64,000 nt of DNA, taken from positions 21,110-85,109 of IMG/VR virus record IMGVR_UViG_3300035659_001474; one strand, 5' to 3'. Positions 63,970-64,000 of this stretch are shown here, piece by piece. The notes under the pieces were generated by a model, which had not been told where the DNA came from, ran no database searches, and was given only the letters and a program-made list of their open reading frames with translations. How positions within the stretch are numbered: position 1 is the stretch's first letter; each line of letters starts with the position of its first letter. This DNA is from a virus. Its lineage: Duplodnaviria; Heunggongvirae; Uroviricota; Caudoviricetes. The position numbers and the translations under genes were made by a program.

Positions 63970-64000
63970 TTCATCTTTTTTAACAGCTAAATCTTTTTTA

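Noticed and set aside
1-64000. Genome-wide TAG-to-sense recoding implied by the suppressor tRNA
   Set aside because: Gene ends checked in this window (for example 382, 1523, 2047, 4832, 5688, 7083 and 9316) use TAA or TGA, and long ORFs are intact under the standard code. There is no evidence of widespread recoding here, so the question stays open for the rest of the genome.
1-64000. CRISPR arrays or other regularly spaced repeats
   Set aside because: No repeat-spacer periodicity was seen. The only notable repeats are the 59-bp pair at 6.5/6.9 kb and the short CGCGCG and agtcaaatag motifs.

Overview
This is a visibly AT-rich, very gene-dense window with the architecture of a large virulent (jumbo-type) bacteriophage or similar mobile genome. 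Genes are almost all co-oriented in long blocks: minus strand from 1 to about 15.05 kb, plus strand from 15.4 to 24.0 kb, and minus strand again from 24.3 to 64 kb. The blocks are separated by one divergent region (15.05-15.44 kb) and one convergent region carrying a clean bidirectional terminator (24.29-24.33 kb).

Recognisable content:
- Replication and repair: DnaB-like helicase, DnaC-like loader, NAD-dependent DNA ligase, family-X DNA polymerase with PHP domain, SF2 helicase, Cas4-like and NucS-like PD-(D/E)XK nucleases, RNase H-like protein.
- Host takeover: a sigma-70 family sigma factor, a SpoT-like (p)ppGpp hydrolase HD domain, trigger factor, and a PTH2-type peptidyl-tRNA hydrolase.
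- tRNAs: a 6-gene cluster (Thr, Cys, Ser, Phe, an amber-suppressor tRNA with anticodon CUA, and a tRNA interrupted by a roughly 200-nt group I intron).
- RtcB RNA ligase: interrupted by a roughly 366-aa intein and additionally frameshifted.
- Homing-type endonucleases: one GIY-YIG enzyme with NUMOD repeats, plus one NUMOD-containing protein.
- Plus-strand glycan cluster: three class-I SAM methyltransferases, a GT10 fucosyltransferase-like protein, a GT42/CstII-like protein, and a 1108-aa GT2 / radical-SAM / GT4 / GT fusion.
- Membrane island: flotillin (SPFH) with an NfeD-like partner, a substrate-binding protein fused to an OmpA-like domain, a permease, only a C-terminal remnant of the ABC ATPase, and coiled-coil membrane proteins.

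The most unusual signal is a family of at least ten proteins (nine complete, one truncated at the window start) that all begin with the same leader. They share the start 'MKHLAxIQxEF(L/V)K', a conserved Shine-Dalgarno plus ATGAAACATTTAGC start context, and in most members a longer block (ARKWDDMS..EQKAYLKRHPKSKRKITAKP). Their C-terminal domains are unrelated: an M17 leucyl aminopeptidase, an FtsK/SpoIIIE-type ATPase, a C2H2 zinc-finger protein, and small very basic proteins. They cluster at both ends of the window.

Many remaining ORFs are hypothetical. Functions were assigned only from motifs readable directly in the translations, and no database search was possible.
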